DNA from: Pirellulales bacterium
Lineage (GTDB): Bacteria > Planctomycetota > Planctomycetia > Pirellulales > DATAWG01
Assembly: GCA_038210495.1 (NCBI GenBank)
Contig: JBBQWR010000007.1
Span: 1-64,000 of the forward strand
DNA: 64,000 bases
Direction: 5' to 3'
Part shown: positions 10,597 to 19,857 of the stretch, in pieces
Position numbering within the stretch: the first letter of the stretch is position 1
Layout of the letters: the number at the start of each line of letters is the position of its first letter
Translations under genes and position numbers: made by a program
Notes under the pieces: model-generated
What the model saw: the letters and a program-made list of their open reading frames with translations, nothing else
Told to the model about the DNA's origin: nothing
Databases searched by the model: none

Positions 10597-11052
10597 ACGA
10601 CTCTTACTACGTCCACCGGTAGTCGAAATGGCATCCACCGATGGAATTCAGCAGGCAAAGCGCGAACAGGTTCAGCAGGCTCAAAAGGCAGAACTGCTTG
10701 AGAACCTAGCAATGGATGCCGCAAGGACCGGCAATCGTCGAAAATCGATGGCGGATGTCCATTAGAAAAACCACTATCAACAATGCATTAAAATCAGTCC
10801 TTTTAATACTTTGGACGGCAGTGCAAGCCGCCATATCCGGCCGCGCATTTCGCTCCTGGCACATGACTTTCTTTTGCCCGTAGCCTTGCTCGCATGTACT
10901 CGTGTGCGGCGGGCGACGAATCAGGTCATCGATGGCTTGGCTGTCGAAGGCGGGACTAAACGATCTCTGCCCGCTACGGCGGAACAGAGAGCGACGCGAT
11001 ACAGTGATCTCAAGTGAACTGACTTCAAATCAAAGCATAAGGGCTGGCGACT

Positions 11053-11406
11053 ATGAAAATGATCGTGGCGATTATCCGCCCAGAAAGATTGGACGCTGTG
11101 ATTGCGGCGTTGGACGAACGCGATGTACATCTGATGACCGTGAGCGATGTTCGAGGCTGCGGCCGGCAGCGAGGTTTTACCGAAACGTATCGCGGCGCCG
11201 AATATAAAACGCGACTGCTCCAGAAAATCAAACTCGAGATTGCCGTGAACGAGCAGTTCGTGGCGCCGACGATGGACGCCATCGTCACGGCGTCTCGCTC
11301 CGATGGCGGCGGCGCGGTCGGCGACGGCAAAATCTTCGTGTTCTCGCTGGACGACTGCATTCGGATTCGCACCGGCGAACAAGGAATGGTGGCGATCGGG
11401 CCGTGA
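11053..11406 (+). CDS. glnB: Nitrogen regulatory protein P-II (GlnB/GlnK family)
   Basis: GCGRQRGFTETYRGAEYKTRLLQKIKLEIAV...GDGKIFVF closely matches canonical P-II (GFGRQKGHTELYRGAEY...GDGKIFV). The T-loop Tyr is present. Confidence 0.85.
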   Translation: MKMIVAIIRPERLDAVIAALDERDVHLMTVSDVRGCGRQRGFTETYRGAEYKTRLLQKIKLEIAVNEQFVAPTMDAIVTASRSDGGGAVGDGKIFVFSLDDCIRIRTGEQGMVAIGP

Positions 11407-11422
11407 TCGAGATTGCGATCAC

Positions 11423-11518
11423 CGTAGGTCAGGTATCCTGCCTGACGCACGGTGTTCTCATCTTACCGAGTGGTTCGATCATCTAACCTGGTTGTCAGGC
11501 AGGATGCCTGACCTACGT
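11423..11518. terminator. Bidirectional terminator candidate: inverted repeat CGTAGGTCAGGTATCCTGCCTGAC / GTCAGGCAGGATGCCTGACCTACG, each arm itself a GTCAGGCA-N5-TGCCTGAC palindrome
   Basis: ~24-bp arms separated by ~45 nt between convergent glnB (+) and the ABC permease (-). Confidence 0.5.
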
Positions 11519-13147
11519 TCGGCGATGCGAGACAAATGCTGCCCCCGCCAGGGTCAGCCCGAGCGCGCCGGTCACGAGCAGAATGCACAGACCGGCCAGT
11601 TCGTTTTGAATGTTGAAGTGCAACAGTTGGGAGATGCGCACGCCGAGCGTCATCACTCCCGGTGGCACGACGAGGATCGTGGCCGACAATTCCCCGATTC
11701 CAATAATCACCGCAGCTAACCAAGCCCAGGCGATCGCCTGGCAGCGCATCGGCAAGACCACGGCGAAAAATCGACGCCCGGCGCTGGCGCCGTCCAACGC
11801 CGCGACGTCGAGCAGGTCTTGGGGCACGGTTCGGAAGACGTGCCAAAGTAGCAGGATGGCGATCGGCAGTCCGCGAATCGCCTGCGCGATGGCCACGACG
11901 GCGATCGTGCGGTCGTAGAGAAAATTCAAAAGCGGCAGAGAGCGATCGTTAAAAAGCTCGATCAGCCAACCTCCCACCAGAGGTCCCGGAATAGCCATCC
12001 CCGCCACCGCGACAAGCAACGCCGCCTGGGCCATCAAGCCGCTGCGCCGAGCTAACCAACCAAGCGGCGTGGCGATCATCAAGACCAGGACGCCAGCCGT
12101 CGTGGCGATCGTCAGCGACCAGCCGATTTCGCGGTGATATCGCAGCGCGCTGCCCGCGACAATTTCCCAACATCGGCCTGCCGACCAACTACGCAGATAT
12201 CCACCAACGCTCGGTGCGACGGTCATCCCCGCTTTGCAAATCAAATTCAGTAGCGGCACACCCACCACCGCCAACCCAATGGCCACCACTAATATGCCCA
12301 GCGGCCAGCGAGCCCGGCCTAGCCGATACACCAGCGGTGGACGAGCCGTCCACTGCGGCCGCCAACTGGCGATGGCGCTACAGAGCCATGCGCCGCATGC
12401 AATCAAGCATCCGGTGAGAGCCACGCCAATCAGCGTCGGCGGAGGAGTTTGTCCCGGCTCGGCCAAGAGCGCGAACTGCGTGTAAACCTCCTCGGCATAG
12501 GTCCGCAGTCGTGTGGCGCCGACCTGAAATAAATCGGTCACGGTCATATCGGTGGCGACACCGATCGCGACCCAGATCGCCGCCAGACCAGTTGCCGGCA
12601 GAGCGTGCGGCAGCGTCACGCGCCACAGCACTTGCCCGGGCGACCCATCGAGCAGCGCCATCTCCTCGAGCTCCGGTTCTACGAATCGGACCACCAATCC
12701 CACGATAAACGCAACCCAGGGGATCGCGGCCAGTCCATGCACCCAAATCGCGCCGGCCCAGCCTTCGAGCAGCCCCGGCTCATAGGGCCCGGCTGTGAAC
12801 AAGGTATACCAGCCCGACATGCCAAATCCGGCTTGCCATCCGGCGGCTTGAAGATAAAGCGGCATGACCATCAAGCTGGCTAACAATCCGGCCACGAGCG
12901 TGCGAAACGGAAGGTCAGTTCGAAACAGCGCGAGTCCCAGAAGCACACCAACCAGCAGGCCGATCGCCAGCGTTCCGGCGACAAGAAACAGCGTGTTCTC
13001 AACGAGCGACCAGCTTCGAGCATCGGCTGAGAGTCTGGCGATAAGCAGCGGAGCGGCGGCGACAACGACGTAGGTCAGGCCAGTGGCTTGACGAGTTGCC
13101 ACGCGATGCCAGAATTTGAGTAAACACATCGTGGCGAAGCGAAGCAT
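11513..13147 (-). CDS. ABC transporter permease with two fused transmembrane domains (iron(III)/thiamine FbpB-like type)
   Basis: 544 aa. Two repeated ABC-TMD units with EAA-like loops (e.g. LLDVAALDGASAGRRFFAVVLP). No cognate ATPase or binding protein lies adjacent in the window. Confidence 0.7.
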   Translation of the reverse strand: MLRFATMCLLKFWHRVATRQATGLTYVVVAAAPLLIARLSADARSWSLVENTLFLVAGTLAIGLLVGVLLGLALFRTDLPFRTLVAGLLASLMVMPLYLQAAGWQAGFGMSGWYTLFTAGPYEPGLLEGWAGAIWVHGLAAIPWVAFIVGLVVRFVEPELEEMALLDGSPGQVLWRVTLPHALPATGLAAIWVAIGVATDMTVTDLFQVGATRLRTYAEEVYTQFALLAEPGQTPPPTLIGVALTGCLIACGAWLCSAIASWRPQWTARPPLVYRLGRARWPLGILVVAIGLAVVGVPLLNLICKAGMTVAPSVGGYLRSWSAGRCWEIVAGSALRYHREIGWSLTIATTAGVLVLMIATPLGWLARRSGLMAQAALLVAVAGMAIPGPLVGGWLIELFNDRSLPLLNFLYDRTIAVVAIAQAIRGLPIAILLLWHVFRTVPQDLLDVAALDGASAGRRFFAVVLPMRCQAIAWAWLAAVIIGIGELSATILVVPPGVMTLGVRISQLLHFNIQNELAGLCILLVTGALGLTLAGAAFVSHRRT

Positions 13148-13377
13148 CCCGGAGGGATGCCAGACGGTAGCCGGCGGTAAGGCCGTACGCGGCCGACACC
13201 GCCGGTTTGGCGATAGCGCGAGCTATTCGACCCCGGCAGGGGCCGCAGAATTGCGCTAACAGGGGGCCGGTTGTCTGCGACCCCTGCCGGGGTCCATTCA
13301 TTCGTTGAGACGTGTAAACCGGCGGTGTCGGCCTAAAGGCCTCTGCCGCCGGCTACCATCTGGCATCCCTCCGGGAT
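13145..13377. repeat. ~233-bp nested imperfect palindrome (33-bp terminal inverted repeats plus two inner stem pairs); MITE-like or structured RNA
   Basis: CATCCCGGAGGGATGCCAGACGGTAGCCGGCGG (13145-13177) is the reverse complement of 13345-13377 with 1 mismatch. Inner pairs: GGCCGACACCGCCGGTTT with AAACCGGCGGTGTCGGCC, and GACCCCGGCAGGGGCCGCAG with CTGCGACCCCTGCCGGGGTC. Confidence 0.6.
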
Positions 13378-13527
13378 GCGTTTCCGATCGTCAAGTCACA
13401 CCGGAAAGTTACCTAATTCGACAGCGCACTTTCGCTGACCCGTCGCTGAATTCGTGAGAATTCAGATTCCTGCGGCGGACAATATCTCGGAATTCTCACG
13501 AATTCCGCTACGAAATGCACGATAGTG

Positions 13528-14931
13528 CTAATACTGGTCCCCGCCACCGAGTTTTTCTTCAATCTTGTCCGCTTGCCACGCGATGGCGGTGAGGACTTGT
13601 GAGAAGAGCGGGCCGGTGAGCGAATCGGCCATCACGCTCCCTTGCAGGGTAACCATCTCTCGATCGCCGACTTTCTCGAACGCGAACGCCCCGTGGACCA
13701 GCTTCGAGTTGTATCGCAAGAGGGCTTGGGCGTTCTCCTCGCTTGCCACGCCACAGGTCGAGCGGAACGAGACGACCGCGTGTCCCCCTTCGTCGTGCTG
13801 ACCAAACGCGATCGTCACCGTTTGTTTGCGCAGCGCGCCGACGGGCACCGTTACTTGCCAACTGTCGCCGCTCTCGTCGAGCTTATAACTGCCGGCCGAG
13901 ATAACGCCGCGAACCAGTTGCCGCGGATCGGTCGGCGTGGAAAGATCGAGATCGTCGAACGACGGAAGCCCGGCGCCGGCCGTGGACGCCGTCGCGGCGG
14001 CAGCGGCAGTTTGCGGCGGCGCGGGTTGCGGCGCGTAGGGCTGCTGCGGCGCCTGTTGTGGATACGAAGTCTGCGGCGTTGCGCCTGCGGCCATTGCATC
14101 GCGGATCATACCGGGCATCATCATGCCAAAACCGGCGCCGAAGCCCATTCCCATCGGGCCATTGGCGCCGCCGCCCCCCTGCTCCGCCATCTTGGCCATG
14201 CTTTGGGCGGCCTGAAATTTCATAAAGGCGTTGAGATCACCCACGGCCCCCATCGAGCTCCGCGAGTCGATCGCTTGCTGGACTTCATCGGGCGGCGTGA
14301 TCGCGTTAATGAAGAAATCGACCAGCTCCAAGCCATACTTGGCGAAGTCCGCAGTGACTTTAGCCCGCGTGCCCGAGGCGATTTGCTCGTAGTGGGTCGG
14401 CATGTCGAGAAGGCTGAGGCCCGAGGCGCCCAGCATGTCGGCCATTCGGGACACGATCAAATCGCGGAGAAACGACGTCACGGCATCGGTCGTGTATTTG
14501 CCTTGCGTGCCCACTAGCGTGTTGAGCAGGACCGCGCTATCGGCGACCCGCAACGAATACTTTCCGAACGAGCGAAGCCGGACCATGCCGAAATCCTTGT
14601 CGCGAAATACGATCGGCTGCGGCGTGCCCCATTTTTGGTCGACGAACGTCTGCTTGCCGACGAAATAAACCGATGCCTGGAACGGCGACTTTTCCCAGGG
14701 GATCGTCAATATCCGCGTGAGAATCGGCACATTAGCCGTGGTCAGCGTGTGCCGGCCGGGCGGAAAGCTGTCGAGCGCCTTGCCGTCGCGGAAGAAGACT
14801 CCCTCCTGGTGTTCTTGCACGATGAGTTGGGCGCCGTACTTGATGTCGGCGGAGCCTTCTTGGGGAATCCGCTGAACCAGCGTTTGGTTCGACTCGTCGA
14901 AAAATTGGATGACTTCGAGCCGAAGGCCCAT
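13528..14931 (-). CDS. SPFH/band-7 domain protein with a Gln/Pro/Ala-rich linker and a C-terminal YbjN-like domain
   Basis: The N-terminal ~250 aa resemble SPFH (Band_7_1 type: [26 protein letters not shown]...). A low-complexity linker ([23 protein letters not shown]) follows. The C-terminal ~130 aa resemble the YbjN/putative sensory transduction regulator fold. Confidence 0.6.
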   Translation of the reverse strand: MGLRLEVIQFFDESNQTLVQRIPQEGSADIKYGAQLIVQEHQEGVFFRDGKALDSFPPGRHTLTTANVPILTRILTIPWEKSPFQASVYFVGKQTFVDQKWGTPQPIVFRDKDFGMVRLRSFGKYSLRVADSAVLLNTLVGTQGKYTTDAVTSFLRDLIVSRMADMLGASGLSLLDMPTHYEQIASGTRAKVTADFAKYGLELVDFFINAITPPDEVQQAIDSRSSMGAVGDLNAFMKFQAAQSMAKMAEQGGGGANGPMGMGFGAGFGMMMPGMIRDAMAAGATPQTSYPQQAPQQPYAPQPAPPQTAAAAATASTAGAGLPSFDDLDLSTPTDPRQLVRGVISAGSYKLDESGDSWQVTVPVGALRKQTVTIAFGQHDEGGHAVVSFRSTCGVASEENAQALLRYNSKLVHGAFAFEKVGDREMVTLQGSVMADSLTGPLFSQVLTAIAWQADKIEEKLGGGDQY

Positions 14932-15038
14932 ATGCGTGCATTCCTGTGAGAATTTTTGCCGTGGCGCCGGTGGGATGGCAGCCGGCGGTCGGGCGGCGGT
15001 TTTGTTTTCGCTTGTTGTGTGTCGGTTTCGTTGCGTCT

Positions 15039-15068
15039 GGGACAGGGAGCTTACGCTCCCCGCTCGCC
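15039..15068. repeat. REP-like element GGGACAGGGAGCTTACGCTCCCCGCTCGCC (reverse orientation of the 6953 family)
   Basis: Lies 8 nt downstream of the stop codon (on the minus strand) of the 15076..15834 gene. Confidence 0.6.
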
Positions 15069-15075
15069 TATGAGG

Positions 15076-15834
15076 TTATTCGAGCCCTTTGAGTAGCTCG
15101 GCGCGCTGGTCGACTCCGCGGTCAATTTCGTCCAGGATTTGGTTCAGCCGAGGCAGCATCGTGGCAGGATCGGGTGGACCGGCTTCGGTCGCGACCGGTG
15201 TCGCTGAGATCGGCGCCGCGGGATCGGGCGAGGCGGGCGTGCCGGTCAAATCGTGCGGCGGCAAATCGGGCGGCGCGGCGGTTTGCACAGGTCCGCGCTC
15301 CGGCGCGCCGGCGAGCCGTTCGATCGATGAGGCTAAATCCTCGACGTGTCCCATCAATCCCATGTCGTGCTCGTAAACGCGGTCCAAAAGCGTTTCGTTC
15401 ACCCGGACCAAGTCGAACACTCCACTGTATCCTTGCCAGCCGCCGCGAATCCGAGCGATGACGCGATCGATCTTGGCCCGCAAGTGGTCGTATTGCGTCA
15501 GCAGTTCGAGGTGTCCCGCGTTGGCCAATATTGAACCGACCGTTTCCAGAGATCGTTTGCTTTGATCGAGCCGATCGGCGAGCCACGATCGCTGAAGCGA
15601 ATCGCTGTCGCGGCGATATTCTTTTTCGAGATAGCCGCGAAAGCCGGGGATATGCCGCAGGATCGATTCGAGGGGGCCACGATGTTCGGTGTGTTGGCGG
15701 GGTTCGGGCACGGTTTGGACTCCAACGTAATTGAGCGGGGAAGCGGCGGCGCGCGATTTTATCAGGGATTCGCTTGCGACAACGTAATCTTGGCGGCGAT
15801 ATTGTCGGCGGCCGTGTTGCCGCCGCGCCGTCAT
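15076..15834 (-). CDS. Hypothetical protein (253 aa), Arg-rich N-terminus and Pro/Asp-rich C-terminal region
   Basis: Start chosen at MTARRQ (ATG at 15834). No recognisable domain. Lies directly upstream of the SPFH gene on the same strand. Confidence 0.45.
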   Translation of the reverse strand: MTARRQHGRRQYRRQDYVVASESLIKSRAAASPLNYVGVQTVPEPRQHTEHRGPLESILRHIPGFRGYLEKEYRRDSDSLQRSWLADRLDQSKRSLETVGSILANAGHLELLTQYDHLRAKIDRVIARIRGGWQGYSGVFDLVRVNETLLDRVYEHDMGLMGHVEDLASSIERLAGAPERGPVQTAAPPDLPPHDLTGTPASPDPAAPISATPVATEAGPPDPATMLPRLNQILDEIDRGVDQRAELLKGLE

Positions 15835-16113
15835 AATACCAGGGTCTGCAATGCGGACGCAAACGGTGGCCCGCAGCGCAACTGCCGAGCCAGCAAACGG
15901 GTTAGGGGCGGCGCGAGCAAGCCGCTGGCGATGCCAGCAGATACCGCGACCCCCGTCGCGATTTTGCACGTCGATCGCCACTCAGCCGGTCTTGGCGTGC
16001 AAGGGTGTTCTCTGCTATAGTCCGCCCCGCTCCGGGTCTAGGAACTGGATTTGCCAGCCCGGCGCCCTCGTCTGACTCATCTCATCGACATTCCGAAACA
16101 GTTGCGACTTCCG

Positions 16114-16860
16114 ATGCGCACACCATACGGCACTGGCCGGCGGCTGATTTCGTTTTGCCTGCTGCTTGCGCTGATGGGCGGCTGCACCTGGGGCTCGAAG
16201 AATGGCGTACCGTGGTGGGGCACGAAGAAGCAAAAGGACGAAGCCGCCGCCGATCTCGATAAATATGGTCCGGTCGCGTTTCAGCGTATCGACGTCGTTA
16301 AGAAATACGGCGAGTACGCGGCCAAGGGGAGCGAGACTGAAAAACAGCAGGTCGCCTCGCGACTGGCCATCGATATTCAAACCGAGCAAGATCCGCTCGT
16401 GCGAATCCAAATCATCCGCACGCTGGCGGGTATTCCGAACGAGACGGCCGCTGGAGTGCTGGGGGCCGGCATCAAGGATCCGGATTCCGAAGTGCGGATC
16501 GCGGTCTGCGAAGCCTGGGGCAAACGAACCGGACACTCCAAATCGCCAGATGAACCCTCGGCCCGCATGTTGGCCGAGACATTGTCGAGCGACACGAACA
16601 TCGACGTGCGTCTGGCAGCCGCGAAAGCTCTTGGCGCGGCGAAGAACGATCCGCGAGCCGTCGGGGCGCTTGCCATCGCGCTCAAGGATCCCGATCCCGC
16701 GATGCAGCACCGATCGGTCGCTTCGCTGAAGCAGGTGTCGGGGCAGAATTTCGGCGACGACGTGCAGAAGTGGCAACAGTGGGCGACGACGGTTGCGCCG
16801 CCCAGCGCTGCGGCCGACACGCCGAGCATCGCCTCTCAGCCGCAGCCGGCGCCACGCTAG
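16114..16860 (+). CDS. Lipoprotein with HEAT/PBS-lyase-like repeats
   Basis: Signal peptide with lipobox (LLLALMGGC). Repeated ...DPDSEVRIAVCEAWGK / TNIDVRLAAAKALGAAKNDPRAVGALAIALKDPDPAMQHRSV HEAT-like units. Confidence 0.6.
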   Translation: MRTPYGTGRRLISFCLLLALMGGCTWGSKNGVPWWGTKKQKDEAAADLDKYGPVAFQRIDVVKKYGEYAAKGSETEKQQVASRLAIDIQTEQDPLVRIQIIRTLAGIPNETAAGVLGAGIKDPDSEVRIAVCEAWGKRTGHSKSPDEPSARMLAETLSSDTNIDVRLAAAKALGAAKNDPRAVGALAIALKDPDPAMQHRSVASLKQVSGQNFGDDVQKWQQWATTVAPPSAAADTPSIASQPQPAPR

Positions 16861-17250
16861 GCGACGAAATCAGCGGGCGCACTCGTACATAGCCGCGGCT
16901 ATGTATGGCCGGCAAAGTTTCTCCAGCCGGTCGCGCTTATCTTTCGTCCAACTTGAAGCCGATCGTGGAAATCCGCGAGCTTCTTCCGACCGGCGTTGTT
17001 TCGCCGATTTCGCGGGGCGGTCGTTCCGTTTGTGAAGGGACCGGCGAGTTGAATGCACTCATCCGGTTCATTTTCCGATATGACTACTCGTGGCCATTGC
17101 GGCACGAAAGTGGCGGACGCCTTGTCGCGATGGGTCACTCGCTTTTAACGTTGGGCGATCCCGACGCAACGCATATTTATCGCTGTGACGTGGATAATTT
17201 CGTCCAGCCAGCCGCCCTCTGCATTACGCCAACTCACGGACATCACTTCG

Positions 17251-18708
17251 ATGCAGCGCTTCATTTTAATTTTTGTCGCGTCCGGGTTGATTACATTCGG
17301 TGCTTCTCGATCTCGGGCCGACGACGATCGAGAACCCGCTGAACCTATCGCCCAGAACGAACCGGCGCTGAACGAACCGGCGCTGAACGAACCGGCTCAA
17401 AACGAATCGGCTCAGCTCGACGCCGGTCCCGAGGCGGCCAGCCACTGCGTTACGATCCTAGGCGATGCTCTACAGTCGCTCGCTCTCGAAAAATGGATCG
17501 CGGCCATTGCGGATTGCAAATCCATCGTCGAGCAGTTGGACTTGCAATCAGTTCGAGCCCAATTGAACGATCGCAGCGCCAAAGCCGTTGGCGTCTGGCG
17601 TCTGGCGAGCGCCGAGCGGGCAAAGCTCGTCGTCAAACCAAACTTGCCCATCGCGCCGGAGCTTGCCGCTCTGCGCGACAAAATCCATAAGGCAGTGGCC
17701 AACTACGAGCAGCGGCCATTGAACGCCGCGCAGCAATCTCCTTGGGAGGTCATGCACCGCATCGTGGCCTACGGGATCGGAACCGAAATTCGCCGCGATG
17801 GCCCGACCGGTGACAAAGTCAACGCCATCGGCTGGCTGCTGTGGGGCAATCGCGCGGCGAGCGAGCCGCTGATGGTCGTGTCCGCGGGCCGCCCCCTCTG
17901 CCGCGTCGGACCAGGGCTACAAGGTCATCCGGGGCAATTCCTCGGTATGCTCGCGCAGTCGCAAGTCAGCATTCTCACTCCATTCCAACTCGACGGCCAC
18001 TCGTTCACCGTCGCCGATCTCGTGGAGCAAGAAAAGGCCGACTGCAGCACGCACATCGAATTGACCTTCAAACTGATCGCCCTCTCGTACTATTTGCCGA
18101 GCAACGAAACCTGGATCGCCAAAAATGGCGAGCGATGGTCGATTTCGCGGCTGGTGCAGGAAGAAATTCAACAGCCGCTGCGGACCGGCGCCTGCGGCGG
18201 AACTCATCGGCTGTTTAGCCTAAGCAATGCCTACCGTTATCGCGCAAAGCAAGGCTTACCGATCGACGGTGAATTCAAGCGGGCCGAGAAGTACGTCCGC
18301 GACTACCATCGTTACACGCTGGGCGCGCTGCAAAACCCGGACGGCAGCTTCAGCACCGAATGGTTCACCAAGCCGGCGAACGCGGACGACCCCGCGCGGA
18401 AGATTCAAACGACCGGCCACATGATGGAATGGCTCGCGCAGAGCCTGCCGGACTCCGAGCTGCGCGATCCGCGCGCGATCAAGACCATCGATTTTCTGGC
18501 GACGCAACTGTCGCAGGACCCGGTGAAGGATTGGAGCGTTGGCCCGCTCGGCCACGCCCTGCATGCCCTGATTATTTACGATCAGCGAGCGTTCGGCGAA
18601 GCCAATCCAGCGATCGCATCTTCCGTCGCCAAGGCGAATCGACCGGCCAACATGGCAACGCGGCCCCTGTATCCGCCGGTCCCGCGGAGCGGCGTCGACC
18701 AATGGTAG
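17251..18708 (+). CDS. Secreted hypothetical protein with an N-terminal NEPAL pentapeptide repeat
   Basis: Signal peptide MQRFILIFVASGLITFGASRSRA. A 15-bp tandem repeat at 17355-17415 encodes NEPALNEPALNEPAQNESAQ. The remainder has no confident domain assignment. Confidence 0.5.
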   Translation: MQRFILIFVASGLITFGASRSRADDDREPAEPIAQNEPALNEPALNEPAQNESAQLDAGPEAASHCVTILGDALQSLALEKWIAAIADCKSIVEQLDLQSVRAQLNDRSAKAVGVWRLASAERAKLVVKPNLPIAPELAALRDKIHKAVANYEQRPLNAAQQSPWEVMHRIVAYGIGTEIRRDGPTGDKVNAIGWLLWGNRAASEPLMVVSAGRPLCRVGPGLQGHPGQFLGMLAQSQVSILTPFQLDGHSFTVADLVEQEKADCSTHIELTFKLIALSYYLPSNETWIAKNGERWSISRLVQEEIQQPLRTGACGGTHRLFSLSNAYRYRAKQGLPIDGEFKRAEKYVRDYHRYTLGALQNPDGSFSTEWFTKPANADDPARKIQTTGHMMEWLAQSLPDSELRDPRAIKTIDFLATQLSQDPVKDWSVGPLGHALHALIIYDQRAFGEANPAIASSVAKANRPANMATRPLYPPVPRSGVDQW

Positions 18709-18720
18709 TCGGCCGGCGCC

Positions 18721-19737
18721 TCATTCGACTATCCATGTATCGCCGGAGTTGAGCAGTCCGGTCAAATCGCCGGCGCCTCGTTTCGCTCGCGCATCGTCGA
18801 TCTGGGCGTTGACCATCTGGTCGTACATCGGTCGTTCGACATCGCGGAAAACGCCGATCGGCTCGGGAAATTGCGGATACCGCATGCGGCTCAAAAAATA
18901 CGCGAGGCTCGGCTCGGTCAGCTTCTCGTCGTGAATCAACAGATCGTCCTCGGTGATTCCCTTGCCGAGGGTTACGACCTCCAGTTGCATTCCCGTCTGT
19001 CGGATTCCCTTGTCGCGATTCTTGCCGAAGACCAGCGGCTTGCCGTGCTCTAGCTCGATCGTTTGATCCATCTTGGTCAGCCGATCGGTCGCCCAATCGA
19101 ACTCGCCGTCGTTGAACACGTTACAGTTTTGATAAACCTCGACGAACGATGTGCCGCGATGCTCGGCGGCCCGCTTGAGGATCATCGACAAATGTTTGAT
19201 ATTCACGTCGATCGAGCGAGCGACGAACGTGGCTTCGCAGCCGATTGCGACCGATAGCGGGTGGATCGGGTTGTCGACCGAGCCGGCCGGCGTGCTCTTG
19301 GTCACTTTGCCCAGCGGCGAAGTCGGCGAGTATTGCCCCTTGGTCAGGCCGTAGATCCGATTGTTGAACAACACGATCTTGATGTCCAAATTCCGGCGAA
19401 TCGCGTGCATCAGATGGTTGCCGCCGATTGATAGCCCGTCGCCATCGCCTGTGATGACCCAGACCATCAGTTCGGGCCGAGTCACCTTGAGCCCCGTCGC
19501 GACCGCCGGCGCCCGGCCGTGAATCGAATGAATGCCGTAAGTATTCATGTAGTAGGGAAACCGGCTGGAGCAACCGATGCCCGAGACGAACACCATTCTC
19601 TCGGGCGGAACGCCGAGCGACGGCAGCACTTTTTTCATCTGGGCCAAAATCGAATAATCCCCGCAACCGGGGCACCAGCGAATGTCTTGGTCGCTGGCAA
19701 AGTCTTGGGGCGTGAGAACGGGAAGTGTCGTGGACAT
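18721..19737 (-). CDS. korB: 2-oxoglutarate:ferredoxin oxidoreductase subunit beta (TPP-binding)
   Basis: MSTTLPVLTPQDF... start; CPGCGDYSIL and GIGCSSRFPYYM...GDGDGLSIGGNH are TPP-binding motifs of OFOR beta subunits. The ATG at 19737 is preceded by a heptamer array rather than a Shine-Dalgarno sequence. Confidence 0.85.
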   Translation of the reverse strand: MSTTLPVLTPQDFASDQDIRWCPGCGDYSILAQMKKVLPSLGVPPERMVFVSGIGCSSRFPYYMNTYGIHSIHGRAPAVATGLKVTRPELMVWVITGDGDGLSIGGNHLMHAIRRNLDIKIVLFNNRIYGLTKGQYSPTSPLGKVTKSTPAGSVDNPIHPLSVAIGCEATFVARSIDVNIKHLSMILKRAAEHRGTSFVEVYQNCNVFNDGEFDWATDRLTKMDQTIELEHGKPLVFGKNRDKGIRQTGMQLEVVTLGKGITEDDLLIHDEKLTEPSLAYFLSRMRYPQFPEPIGVFRDVERPMYDQMVNAQIDDARAKRGAGDLTGLLNSGDTWIVE

Positions 19738-19746
19738 GGGGAAGTA

Positions 19747-19776
19747 GTCGGGAGTAGGGAGACGGGAGTCGGGAGT
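19747..19776. repeat. Heptamer array GTCGGGA/GTAGGGA/GACGGGA (4 units), 10 nt 5' of the korB start
   Basis: gtcgggagtagggagacgggagtcgggagt; the same units recur at 23430-23452 and 23527-23554. Confidence 0.6.
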
Positions 19777-19807
19777 TACATAGCTGCGGCATTCTGCCGC
19801 GTAGTCG

Positions 19808-19835
19808 AGCGGGGGGGCGTAAGCCCCCTGTCCCA
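19808..19835. repeat. REP-like element GAGCGGGGGGGCGTAAGCCCCCTGTCCC
   Basis: Variant of the 6953 family, located between korA and korB. Confidence 0.55.
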
Positions 19836-19857
19836 TCGGTCAACACTAATCAGACAC

